A stretch of 64,000 nucleotides of DNA from Ekhidna sp. (GCF_965212185.1 NZ_OZ243102.1:2741171-2805170); one strand, 5' to 3'. Counted from the stretch's first letter, positions 19,767 to 28,004 are shown. Program-made: numbers and translations. The notes: a model not told the origin generated them from the letters alone.

Positions 19767-20189
19767 TTAATCATCGAATTCTTCTACACTTCTAATTAAG
19801 ACGGGTAACTCCTTACTCTCTTTTAAGCCGAGCTCTGCCGCTCGTTTTGCCACCTCTGACTGTTTGCTTTCATACATGAAATCTGCTTTCAGGGTAGTAT
19901 AATCCGCTCTGAGATCTTCAACTTCTGTTTCCAGGTGGTTGATGTCTCTGATTTTCTTCTCTGCGTAATGGCGGTTGCCGATATACAGCAGACATAAGAA
20001 TGCCAGAAATAGAATTTGGGGAAGAAAACGCACGTGTATCACCTCACTCATGGAAGTGTCCATGCGTAGAAAGCGATTGATGAGACGGAATAAGCCTCCT
20101 CGCTCTTCTCTTTGGGGTAATTTGTAGGTGTTCTTCATCTTTTTAAAGTTTGAAATTTGAAGCTGGGAGTTTGAAGGAATCACTTCCAC
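19767..20189 (-). CDS. ftsL: FtsL-like cell division protein (small bitopic protein; the true start may be an internal Met).
   Basis: Position between rsmH and ftsI; single TM FLPQILFLAFLCLLYIG followed by a coiled-coil-like region. Confidence 0.55.
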   Translation of the reverse strand: MEVIPSNSQLQISNFKKMKNTYKLPQREERGGLFRLINRFLRMDTSMSEVIHVRFLPQILFLAFLCLLYIGNRHYAEKKIRDINHLETEVEDLRADYTTLKADFMYESKQSEVAKRAAELGLKESKELPVLIRSVEEFDD

Positions 20190-20200
20190 CTTCTAGCTTC

Positions 20201-21139
20201 CTACTTCACACTTCTTTTCTTGCCAATACGCAGCTTAGCGCTTCTCGCTCTGCTGTTTTTTTCAATTTCTGCCGCTGTGGGGATGATGGGCTTTCGGTTC
20301 ACCGGGTCTAACACCCTGATTGGATTCCCATAAAAGTCTTTTTCATCGACCCCTTTAATATTTCCTTTGTTTATGAAATTCTTGACTGGCCGGTCTTCCA
20401 ATGAGTGATAACTCATCACCACGAGTCTGCCTTCTGCCTTTAGCACCTCGCCTGCCTGTATCAAAAATTCCCTGAGTGCTTCCATCTCTTCATTTACCTC
20501 AATCCGAATGGCCTGAAAGACCTGTGCGAGGTATTTGAGATCTCGACCTCTCGGAGCATGTTTCAGCGCAATGGCTTTCAATTGCTCGTTGGTCTCGATG
20601 GGCTGGTTCATTCGGAAATTCACAATCTCTCTTGCGAGTGTTCGCGCATTTCTGATTTCCCCGTACGCACTTAAAATATGTATCAGATCCTTTTCCTCGT
20701 ATTCGTTGACTATCTCCCTGGCGCTTTTTGCAGCGGCCTGATCCATACGCATATCCAACACACCTTCTGCCCTAATGGTGAATCCACGCGATGGTTCGTC
20801 AAACTGATGGGAGCTTACTCCCAAATCCGCCAGGATGCCATCTACTTCCGTGATGCCATGTAGTCTGAGGAATTTTTTCAGGTATCTGAAATTTGATTCA
20901 ATAAATGTGAAAGAACATTTTGTGCCCTCCTCCGCTAATGCTTCGGTGAGCCTATCGGCATTTTGTTCAGCATCTTTATCCTGATCAAAAGCAATGAGGT
21001 GGCCGGTAGTCAATTTGTCGAGTATTGCTTTGCTGTGACCGCCACCTCCAAAGGTCACATCCACGTATACTCCATCTGGTTTTATGTCCAGCCCGTCCAG
21101 GCATTCCTGCAACATGACCGGGTTGTGGTACTGACTCAT
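20201..21139 (-). CDS. rsmH: 16S rRNA (cytosine1402-N4)-methyltransferase RsmH (MraW).
   Basis: DVTFGGGGHS SAM-binding motif; position after mraZ. Confidence 0.95.
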   Translation of the reverse strand: MSQYHNPVMLQECLDGLDIKPDGVYVDVTFGGGGHSKAILDKLTTGHLIAFDQDKDAEQNADRLTEALAEEGTKCSFTFIESNFRYLKKFLRLHGITEVDGILADLGVSSHQFDEPSRGFTIRAEGVLDMRMDQAAAKSAREIVNEYEEKDLIHILSAYGEIRNARTLAREIVNFRMNQPIETNEQLKAIALKHAPRGRDLKYLAQVFQAIRIEVNEEMEALREFLIQAGEVLKAEGRLVVMSYHSLEDRPVKNFINKGNIKGVDEKDFYGNPIRVLDPVNRKPIIPTAAEIEKNSRARSAKLRIGKKRSVK

Positions 21140-21158
21140 GGTTTTTTCCTCCCCCTAA

Positions 21159-21174
21159 CCCCCTCCAGAGGGGG
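21159..21174. repeat. CCCCCTCCAGAGGGGG hairpin in the mraZ-rsmH spacer.
   Basis: Seen directly; related to the hairpins at 8474-8489 and 25743-25760. Confidence 0.4.
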
Positions 21175-21199
21175 AAATATTTCAGGCTTCATTACCAAA

Positions 21200-21643
21200 C
21201 TATTCATCCAGGAATTTCTGTGCCAGCTCTGAGTATTCGGTATCGTCACTAATCATGTGCTTATCAAATACTTCAGGATTCCACATTTCAATATAGTTGC
21301 CCGTGCCGATGAGGAGTGCCTCCTTTTCTATCTGTGCATGAGCGAGCATTTGCTTGGGGATCAAAATGCGATTAGCATTATCCAGCTCCACCTGTGCGAT
21401 GCTCCTGAAAAATGTCCTTTTCAACTTCCGTTGTTCAGGATCGAATTCACTAAGTGATGAGATCTTGTGGTGTATCTTTTTATACTCCACCATTGGGTAG
21501 AGGATTAGGTTCGGCTCGAATCCCTTCCGAATTACTAGTTCTGCAGTGGAGACCTCCGGAAGGTTGTTCTTGATCTTTGCAGGCAAGACCAACCTTCCTT
21601 TAGTATCCAACTTACACTCATACTCGCTTGTAAAAAACGCCAT
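21200..21643 (-). CDS. mraZ: Transcriptional regulator MraZ. The likely true start is the Met at 21643, because the ORF-track N-terminal extension looks non-native.
   Basis: Two MraZ half-domains with the DxKGR motif (CKLDTKGRLVLPAKI); first gene of the dcw cluster. Confidence 0.85.
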   Translation of the reverse strand: MAFFTSEYECKLDTKGRLVLPAKIKNNLPEVSTAELVIRKGFEPNLILYPMVEYKKIHHKISSLSEFDPEQRKLKRTFFRSIAQVELDNANRILIPKQMLAHAQIEKEALLIGTGNYIEMWNPEVFDKHMISDDTEYSELAQKFLDE

Positions 21644-21870
21644 ACTGAGCCTTGAAAAATATAAACCACCGAGACAAATGTAATCAACTTTTCCTATTTT
21701 CCTCCACTTTCCCCCACTTTCACACACAAAATAGAGAAAAATGTGAATTTGAGCATTAAATCAATGATTTTAAGCAATAAATGAATGTTCTGTGAATGAG
21801 TGAGTTATGGAAATAAGACGGCTATGCCACTATTTTTGAAGATTTTTTGGAATTTTGAGCTTGTATATTG

Positions 21871-21909
21871 GAATTTGGGATTTTTGGTGGGAGATGGTGG
21901 GGAAAATGT
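21871..21909. promoter_or_regulatory. Candidate MraZ operator: three TGGG(A/G) direct repeats (starts 21876, 21888, 21898) with ~10-12 bp period, ~230-270 bp upstream of mraZ.
   Basis: GGAATTTGGGATTTTTGGTGGGAGATGGTGGGGAAAATG seen directly. MraZ proteins bind TGGGN direct repeats with a 10-bp period (established for E. coli and Mycoplasma). Spacing and orientation here are imperfect. Confidence 0.25.
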
Positions 21910-22053
21910 TGAATTCGGAAATAATGAATTAAGAATTTTGGGATTTGTCAAAGAAAATAATGAGAATATGTGCAGTTAAATAGCAATGATATAAGTGCAA
22001 CATCAAGGCCTGAACGCTCTAACGAAAGTAGTTTGTCAAACCATAAACAAGTT

Positions 22054-22083
22054 TTTGGTTCGTGGGGACACGACCCGAGGCAG
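22054..22083 (+). repeat. Copy 1 of a ~35-bp hairpin element, consensus TTTTCGGTTCGTGGGGACACGAACCGAGGCA.
   Basis: GGTTCGTG/CACGAACC stem with GGGA loop; three same-orientation copies at 22054, 23074 and 23287. Confidence 0.6.
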
Positions 22084-22297
22084 TAAAATTGGATTAAAAG
22101 GATTTATGAACTGAATGATAGATTAGGTTTTAAATACATCCACAACAATAAAGATGATGGAGGGTATTATTATAACAATAGATACAGTTCAGAAAAATGA
22201 CTATTGAAGAAGCACATAAACGTAACCTAACGTTAAAGGAGTATTTGAAGCTATTAGGTTAATTACCGTAGATTTGCTTACCCATAACTAATTCGTA

Positions 22298-22897
22298 ATG
22301 AATAAATTACCATTTCTATTTCTATTCTTTGTTTTGTTTTCTTGTGAAGAAAAGGATACTATAAACTTTGAGTATGGACAAAAAGAATACGTATATGATA
22401 GAAGTGGGAAACAATATGATCTTGATCCGAACAAAATATACTGTGGTCCGGGTTTTGGAAGAAAGTTTTGTCGCTTTTTATATAAGTATGAGGAGACAAT
22501 CTGGGCAGATGCAGAAAATTACTATAGCGACTTTTCAGATATAAAATTTTCAGGCTTTGCAGACGATCTATATTTTCTATCCTTCTTAAATCTTGATAGT
22601 ACTACTTCATATTGTGAAGGATGGAAATTAGGTGAAACAACTTACGATGGAATAAAATGGAATATTGAACTCAAAAAAGATGAGGATGATGTTTTGTGGT
22701 TTGGGTATGATTATTATGGGATTAGTGAAGAAATTGAATATTCTATAACTTATAAATATGAAGTAATTGATGGTTTACTTCACTTTTCAAGTTCTGAAGA
22801 TCAAACATTTATTTTCCATCCTTCTGAAAAAAATTATTCAGAAGATTCTGTTGAGACAGGCGAAATAATTTTCCTGGAAGGATGTAAGTTTTTCTAA
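22298..22897 (+). CDS. Hypothetical lipoprotein, 199 aa.
   Basis: ORF track; signal peptide plus lipobox LFFVLFSCEE; Y/D/E-rich mature part; flanked by the hairpin elements. Confidence 0.55.
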   Translation: MNKLPFLFLFFVLFSCEEKDTINFEYGQKEYVYDRSGKQYDLDPNKIYCGPGFGRKFCRFLYKYEETIWADAENYYSDFSDIKFSGFADDLYFLSFLNLDSTTSYCEGWKLGETTYDGIKWNIELKKDEDDVLWFGYDYYGISEEIEYSITYKYEVIDGLLHFSSSEDQTFIFHPSEKNYSEDSVETGEIIFLEGCKFF

Positions 22898-23073
22898 TTT
22901 TTCCACTGAAAAAGATTTATCCAACTGTAAATAATATCAGTTGCGGAAGATGTCGAATCACGTCCGACATGACACAGTTATAGTCTTAAGAATGACTTAA
23001 TTGGAGCGAGCATTTCATTTTGGTGTTAATCGTCTTGCCATGGTTTGTGTCTTCACAAATCATTAAACCAACT

Positions 23074-23106
23074 CTTTCGGTTCGTGCGGACACGAACCAA
23101 GGCAAT
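23074..23106 (+). repeat. Copy 2 of the hairpin element (CTTTCGGTTCGTGCGGACACGAACCAAGGCAAT).
   Basis: Perfect 8-bp stem seen directly. Confidence 0.6.
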
Positions 23107-23286
23107 ATGAGTCCATGAATAAAGATTATTCGCATTAAGATAGTTTGGTATGTTGTGCTTCGGCCTTACTCTTTCTTAGCATATAGTTGTCGCTTAAAAT
23201 CTTCTTCATAGTAAGTGCTAACCGAGTTTTGAATGAGTTCAGACTCAGCCAATGTCCATCTTTCAAAAGCCACTAAATAAGACCCA

Positions 23287-23321
23287 AGTTTTCGGTTCGT
23301 GGGGACACGAACCGAGGCATT
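23287..23321 (+). repeat. Copy 3 of the hairpin element (AGTTTTCGGTTCGTGGGGACACGAACCGAGGCATT).
   Basis: Perfect 8-bp stem seen directly. Confidence 0.6.
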
Positions 23322-23399
23322 AGATGAAATTGGTTTGAAGAATAAATTGAAATGAATATACTAAATTGAAAAGGCCTAACCATAAAAGAACTCTATACT

Positions 23400-23882
23400 A
23401 TGACACCTTTCATTATCGGAAACATTCAATTCACATTATCGCTCATTGTTTACTCCATGATTGCCGTTTGGTATGTGCAGCCTAAGCTCAAACAAATGGA
23501 ATGGAATAAGGCAATTGTTCCATTGCTTTTGGTACATGCTTTTAGATATGGCCCACTCACACTTCTAATGCCGGGTCAGGTTTCCAATGAGGCGCCTTTA
23601 GATGTGGTACAGACCATTGCCTATGGTGATTTGGCTTCAGGAATTCTGGCGATTATAACAGCTTTATTGGTTTGGAATAAAGCGGCAGGCGCCAAACTTG
23701 CTATCTGGCTATTTACTATTGTTGGTTTTGGAGATGTTGCGTTAGCTTCAGCCAAAGGTATAGGTGCCGGACTTCTTGATATACCAATGGGCTTCAATCT
23801 CTACATCCTTAATTTCTATGTTCCGATGTTGATTGTTACTCATTTCATGATTATTCTATTACTAACGAAAAGGAGTACTTAG
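23400..23882 (+). CDS. Hypothetical integral membrane protein, 160 aa with ~4 TM helices.
   Basis: ORF track; hydrophobic segments; followed by a hairpin and T tract at 23896-23917. Confidence 0.55.
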   Translation: MTPFIIGNIQFTLSLIVYSMIAVWYVQPKLKQMEWNKAIVPLLLVHAFRYGPLTLLMPGQVSNEAPLDVVQTIAYGDLASGILAIITALLVWNKAAGAKLAIWLFTIVGFGDVALASAKGIGAGLLDIPMGFNLYILNFYVPMLIVTHFMIILLLTKRST

Positions 23883-23895
23883 CATGAAGCAAACG

Positions 23896-23917
23896 ATTCC
23901 TTGCGGGAATGATTTTT
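23896..23917 (+). terminator. Intrinsic terminator (ATTCCTTGCGGGAAT followed by GATTTTT) after the membrane-protein gene.
   Basis: Hairpin plus T run seen directly. Confidence 0.45.
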
Positions 23918-23980
23918 AAGAGATTCTGTGATTAATAATCATCAAGGACTGCTCATAGAAATCTTTTGGAAGTAATCAAT

Positions 23981-24030
23981 CTGACCAATAGTGCTTCCTG
24001 AGTCTGGTCTTAGCGTCTCGTTAAGATCGC
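23981..24030. repeat. Composite repeat: GACCAATAGTGCTTCC motif followed by a degenerate copy of the GGTCTTAGCG...CGCTAAGACC palindrome.
   Basis: Seen directly; related copies at 24333-24355 and 24517-24539, and GACCAATAGAGCTTCC at 24567-24582. Confidence 0.5.
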
Positions 24031-24332
24031 TAATCCAAAAACATCAAATCAACCCTTTCTCGCCACAATAATCTTTGCACTGTGCTATAACCATTCACGC
24101 GGCTCATCCACGAAACCTGCCACCACAGGAAACCAACAATCCTTTCTCTTTTTGACAATATTTTAGACTGTCGATGAAATACCCTTGTATTCATTTCTAA
24201 TAAATACATCAATCCAATGAATGACTGTAAATGTTACAAAATTGAATTTATCCTGATGCCGGATGGTATATTTTCTACCCATACTATCACAACTGATATA
24301 TAACTACATTTCTGGAAATACCTATAAGGTTT

Positions 24333-24355
24333 GGTCTCAGCGAGACGCTAAGACG
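24333..24355. repeat. Palindromic element GGTCTCAGCGAGACGCTAAGACG (copy 2).
   Basis: 10-3-10 inverted repeat with one mismatch. Confidence 0.55.
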
Positions 24356-24516
24356 AGAGAAGTCTATTCAGATTCCCAAGTCTCATTCGTACCTCATTCG
24401 CAAGGGAATAGGGATTGGGGTTATGCCGTATTCCCTTGGGAGGACAATTTTAAATTGTCCGAGTCATGGGAATCTCAGGTCCTTAGCTGATAAGCAACTT
24501 TGGTGATGTTGGGTTT

Positions 24517-24539
24517 GGTCTTAGCGAGACGCTAAGACC
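24517..24539. repeat. Perfect palindrome GGTCTTAGCG-AGA-CGCTAAGACC (copy 3), immediately downstream of the SRPBCC gene.
   Basis: Perfect 10-bp arms seen directly. Confidence 0.6.
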
Positions 24540-24563
24540 AATGAAGATTTCGAAGTATAACGA

Positions 24564-25037
24564 TCAGACCAATAGAGCTTCCAACTGATTACAAGCCAGC
24601 TCCCATCCTTCGGCCATGCCCATCTCGGCCATTTGTTTAAGGGCCTCTGCTGAAGCAAATGTGGTAATGGATGTAACGGTGGTCGATGATCCGTTTGAGT
24701 CAAATTTCACTGACATTTGCATCGGTGGAATTCCCGTTGATGCATTGCCATCCTCATCCACAAAATAGTCTTCCGCTTCCAGTCGCTTATGCTGCTCTAT
24801 TTTCAGATAGTCCATGCGCCCTCGATGCACATCCCCTTCCGGTCCTACCATGTTATAAATCCAGTAGCCACCTTCCTTAAAATCCATTTCATCTATTTTG
24901 CAAGTGTATGGTTGTGGTGCCCACCACTGGCATAGGATTGCAGGATCGCTCCATACTTTTTCTACGGGTGCATCAAAGGTGCGCACGGCAATCAACCGGT
25001 TATTTTCCAGGTCTTCGGTGAATGTAGTTTTGTTCAT
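24564..25037 (-). CDS. SRPBCC-superfamily protein (Aha1/activator-of-Hsp90-ATPase-like or polyketide-cyclase-like), 157 aa.
   Basis: ORF track; typical ArsR-partner SRPBCC sequence (VEKVWSDPAILCQWWAP...); 13-nt gap from the upstream ArsR gene. Confidence 0.75.
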   Translation of the reverse strand: MNKTTFTEDLENNRLIAVRTFDAPVEKVWSDPAILCQWWAPQPYTCKIDEMDFKEGGYWIYNMVGPEGDVHRGRMDYLKIEQHKRLEAEDYFVDEDGNASTGIPPMQMSVKFDSNGSSTTVTSITTFASAEALKQMAEMGMAEGWELACNQLEALLV

Positions 25038-25049
25038 TGTTGTAGGTGT

Positions 25050-25364
25050 TTATTTCATATTTTTTAATAGGTCATCCAATTGATCAAATCGATCTCGCCA
25101 GAGCTGCTTAAAAGGCTCCAGCCATTCGATGATCTCCAATAGTTTTTCAGGTTTAATGTGACAGTATCGTTCCCTTCCTTCTTTGGAGATAGAAATCATG
25201 TCACACTCCTCCAGCACTTTCACATGCAATGAAACCCCCTGACGTGAGATTGAAAACTGCTCTGCAAGCGCATTCAGATTCTTCGGTTTTTCAATAAGAG
25301 CAGTTAGAATCTCACGACGAGTGGGATCGGCAATGGCTTGAAAAATATCTCTACGTTGCTCCAT
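25050..25364 (-). CDS. ArsR/SmtB-family winged-helix transcriptional regulator. The ATG at 25364 is likely the start, because the ORF-track start at 25373 is a TTG.
   Basis: HTH signature DPTRREILTALIEKPKNLNALAEQFSISRQGVSLHVKVLEE. Confidence 0.85.
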   Translation of the reverse strand: MEQRRDIFQAIADPTRREILTALIEKPKNLNALAEQFSISRQGVSLHVKVLEECDMISISKEGRERYCHIKPEKLLEIIEWLEPFKQLWRDRFDQLDDLLKNMK

Positions 25365-25374
25365 AATATGCAAG

Positions 25375-25420
25375 TAAGTGCTTGCAAATATATACGCAAG
25401 TGTTTACTTGCGCAATATTT
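25375..25420. promoter_or_regulatory. Two imperfect palindromes (GCAAGTAAGTGCTTGC and CGCAAGTGTTTACTTGCG) immediately upstream of the ArsR gene; a candidate autoregulatory operator.
   Basis: Inverted repeats seen directly. ArsR/SmtB proteins typically bind 12-2-12-type inverted repeats overlapping their own promoter. Confidence 0.35.
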
Positions 25421-25514
25421 TGTCAATAAAACCTTAGAACAGTATTATGAAATGTGAATGAAAAAGTAAGGACATAAAAAAACCATCAACTAAGATGGCA
25501 TCAGTCAATTATCT

Positions 25515-25722
25515 GTCCTGTCGCTGCAGGCTGAGAATTAGCACCAATTATCACACGCTGGTGATCTGGTTGCCAAGGCTGCATGGGGCCCAGTCCCTTC
25601 ACCTTTCCTGATAATTACATTAAAAGTACACATGCAGATTGTAAATAGTTCAAATGCAAATACTTAAATAAGAAATCATAACAATGGATTAATTGTGAGG
25701 CAATGTGAATTTGCCTTTTTTC
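25515..25722 (+). ncRNA. Candidate structured RNA: a GC-rich segment (25515-25610) with partial TPP-riboswitch (THI-box)-like primary sequence, followed by an intrinsic terminator at 25698-25722.
   Basis: GGCTGAGAA...TATCAC...GATCTGG...GCCA...GGGG strings resemble E. coli thiM aptamer segments (CUGAGA, GAUCUGG, P5-like CUGG..CCAG). The terminator is AGGCAATGTGAATTTGCCT followed by TTTTTT. No full fold could be verified by hand. Confidence 0.3.
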
Positions 25723-25948
25723 TCAACATAACAACCCCCTAGCCCCCTTTGATAAGGGGGAATTTGACCGGATCAGGCCTGTCTACAGGAAAAGGCTGGT
25801 CAGGCATGACACCACAATTGAACTTCATTGAAAATTATTGTAACTATTTATTCGACAATTACGATTAATATATTAATTTCGGTTTTGTCGAATAAATAAA
25901 CCCTTATGAAGTGACGAAACTGCCTAACTCAAATAAAGGAAAAACAAT

Positions 25949-27628
25949 ATGAGAAAAATTCCATTCATTCTGTTACTTATCGCGTCCTCCATTTTCACCG
26001 CATGTGGACAAACTCCATCTAACTTAATACCTGGTTTTGTACCGCATAAAGGCATCTCTACACCCATGCATCAAGCGCATGTTGGTCGAATCGTATTTAT
26101 GTCAAATACGCGTCCACTTAAAGACTGTAGTGAAAGTGATTTTCTATCCTCTTTTGAGATAAATGAAAGTTGCGATTTAAATTTCACTGTGTTCATGGGT
26201 AATTCTCTGACTAATTACCTGCATGAATTAGACACTACATTAACTGCTGAAGAACTAATACAAAAAGGGAATTTCCAGTTTTCATTCATTGTAGATGATA
26301 GCTTATTATATACAGAAAATCTCAATCTAGGTGCAGGGCTTCCGGCTCAAAAAAACGAAAATACAATCCTGCGTAAACCATTTTTAAGTAGCACCAATAT
26401 TGATTCCTGGGGTCGGTTTTTATGGATGCGGTTTTATTATAGAAATGGTGGTGAAGCTGCTTTGGAAACAGGCATTCATACACTTAAAATAGAAATACGC
26501 CCATACCTGAAAAATGGTGAAATTATCGTTGGTGATATTATTGCTGAAGGTGAAATCAACTTAAAAATGGCTGAGTTAGACAAGGTATCAGAAGAGCAAA
26601 TAGCCATTCAGCCAATTAAAGAAAATAGCGGTTGGGAGCTATCAAAAAATGGTTTTGATGAAGAAAAGATTAGGGGGCTCAATGAAAAAATTGCTCAAAA
26701 TAGATTTAAAAACATTACGAGTGTTGTAGTTATCAAGAATGGTAAACTTCTAATTGAAGAGTATTTTAATGGTGCTAGTAGAAACACATTACATGATACA
26801 CGCTCAGTGGGGAAATCATTCGCATCTACCCTGACAGGTATTGCCATTGAAGAAGGACATCTGAAAAATACCGATCAAACACTTAGCGAATTTTATGACC
26901 TCACCCAATTTGCTAATTATTCAACTAAAAAGGATAGTGTAACACTACAAAGCCTCTTAACTATGAGCTCCGGTTTTGACGGTTCCGACAATAAGTTCAA
27001 TTCACCAGGGAGTGAAGATGAAATGCAACTTACCGATAACTGGGTGAAATTCACTTTAGATCTATCCATGGATAACACAAGAAAGGTTGGCGAGGTATGG
27101 GATTATTTCACAGCAGGTGTTTTGGTTCTGGGTGATATTATAGACAAATCTGTCCCGGGAGGATTAGAAAAATATGCAGATGAAAAGCTATTTCAACCTT
27201 TGGATATCTCTAATTATAAATGGTTTTATACTCCACAAAACGTACCGTATACTGGAGGAGGTTTAGAAATGAATTCCTTAGATTTTGCAAAGTATGGCCA
27301 ACTCTATAAAAACAAAGGTGTTTGGAATGGAAGGCATATTTTGTCGTCAGATTGGGCAACTAAGACCATGACCAATTATTTTGAAGGGAAGCCCAATCAA
27401 ACTGCTTATGGCTACTTATTCTGGAATCAGGAATTTTCTGTTGGTGACAAAAAATATGAAGCTTTTTTATGCAGTGGCAATGGAGGAAATAAAATTATTG
27501 TTTTTAAAGATCAGCCTTTGGTTGTTGTTATAACAGCTACAGCTTATGGTCAGCCATATGGTCATTCACAGGTTGATCAAATGTTGGAGAACTTTATTTT
27601 ACCTGCTGTAATCAAAGAGCCAAATTGA
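25949..27628 (+). CDS. Lipoprotein with a C-terminal beta-lactamase-related serine hydrolase domain, 559 aa.
   Basis: Lipobox IFTACGQ; S-x-x-K motif SVGKSFAS inside a beta-lactamase-fold region, with YxN- and KTG-like elements downstream. Confidence 0.65.
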   Translation: MRKIPFILLLIASSIFTACGQTPSNLIPGFVPHKGISTPMHQAHVGRIVFMSNTRPLKDCSESDFLSSFEINESCDLNFTVFMGNSLTNYLHELDTTLTAEELIQKGNFQFSFIVDDSLLYTENLNLGAGLPAQKNENTILRKPFLSSTNIDSWGRFLWMRFYYRNGGEAALETGIHTLKIEIRPYLKNGEIIVGDIIAEGEINLKMAELDKVSEEQIAIQPIKENSGWELSKNGFDEEKIRGLNEKIAQNRFKNITSVVVIKNGKLLIEEYFNGASRNTLHDTRSVGKSFASTLTGIAIEEGHLKNTDQTLSEFYDLTQFANYSTKKDSVTLQSLLTMSSGFDGSDNKFNSPGSEDEMQLTDNWVKFTLDLSMDNTRKVGEVWDYFTAGVLVLGDIIDKSVPGGLEKYADEKLFQPLDISNYKWFYTPQNVPYTGGGLEMNSLDFAKYGQLYKNKGVWNGRHILSSDWATKTMTNYFEGKPNQTAYGYLFWNQEFSVGDKKYEAFLCSGNGGNKIIVFKDQPLVVVITATAYGQPYGHSQVDQMLENFILPAVIKEPN

Positions 27629-27674
27629 AACGGATGATGAATTAAAGACAATTATAGAAACTGAATTAATTGAT

Positions 27675-28004
27675 ATGAAAGGAACTAACCTAGGAGAGCT
27701 GGAAGAGATCGTATTGCTGGTCGTAGCAAATCTTTTTGATAATGCCTATGGCATTCTGATCAAACAGGAGATTGAAGAGAAATGCAACAGGACTATTACG
27801 ATCAGCACTGTACACAATGTACTGCAACGACTCAGCGAAAAGGACTATTTGGAGTCACGATACAGTGATCCTACACCCGAACGTGGTGGTAAACGAAAGC
27901 TCCTGTTTCGGGTAACAAAAGCAGGGCAAGCAGCGCTCAAGACGTCACGCTCTATGCGGGAAGATTTATGGTCAGGAATTCCTAAAGTTGCATTTGAACA
28001 ATGA
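27675..28004 (+). CDS. PadR-family transcriptional regulator.
   Basis: Winged-helix PadR pattern (VLLVVANL...GILIKQEIEE...STVHNVLQRLSEKDYLE). Its stop overlaps the start of the downstream permease. Confidence 0.8.
   Translation: MKGTNLGELEEIVLLVVANLFDNAYGILIKQEIEEKCNRTITISTVHNVLQRLSEKDYLESRYSDPTPERGGKRKLLFRVTKAGQAALKTSRSMREDLWSGIPKVAFEQ

Noticed and set aside
24030-24490. Short ORFs 24030-24212 (minus) and 24263-24490 (plus) as genes
   Set aside because: They sit among the palindromic repeats, have no RBS or signal features, and are 60-75 aa of low-complexity sequence. More likely they are non-coding repeat-derived DNA.
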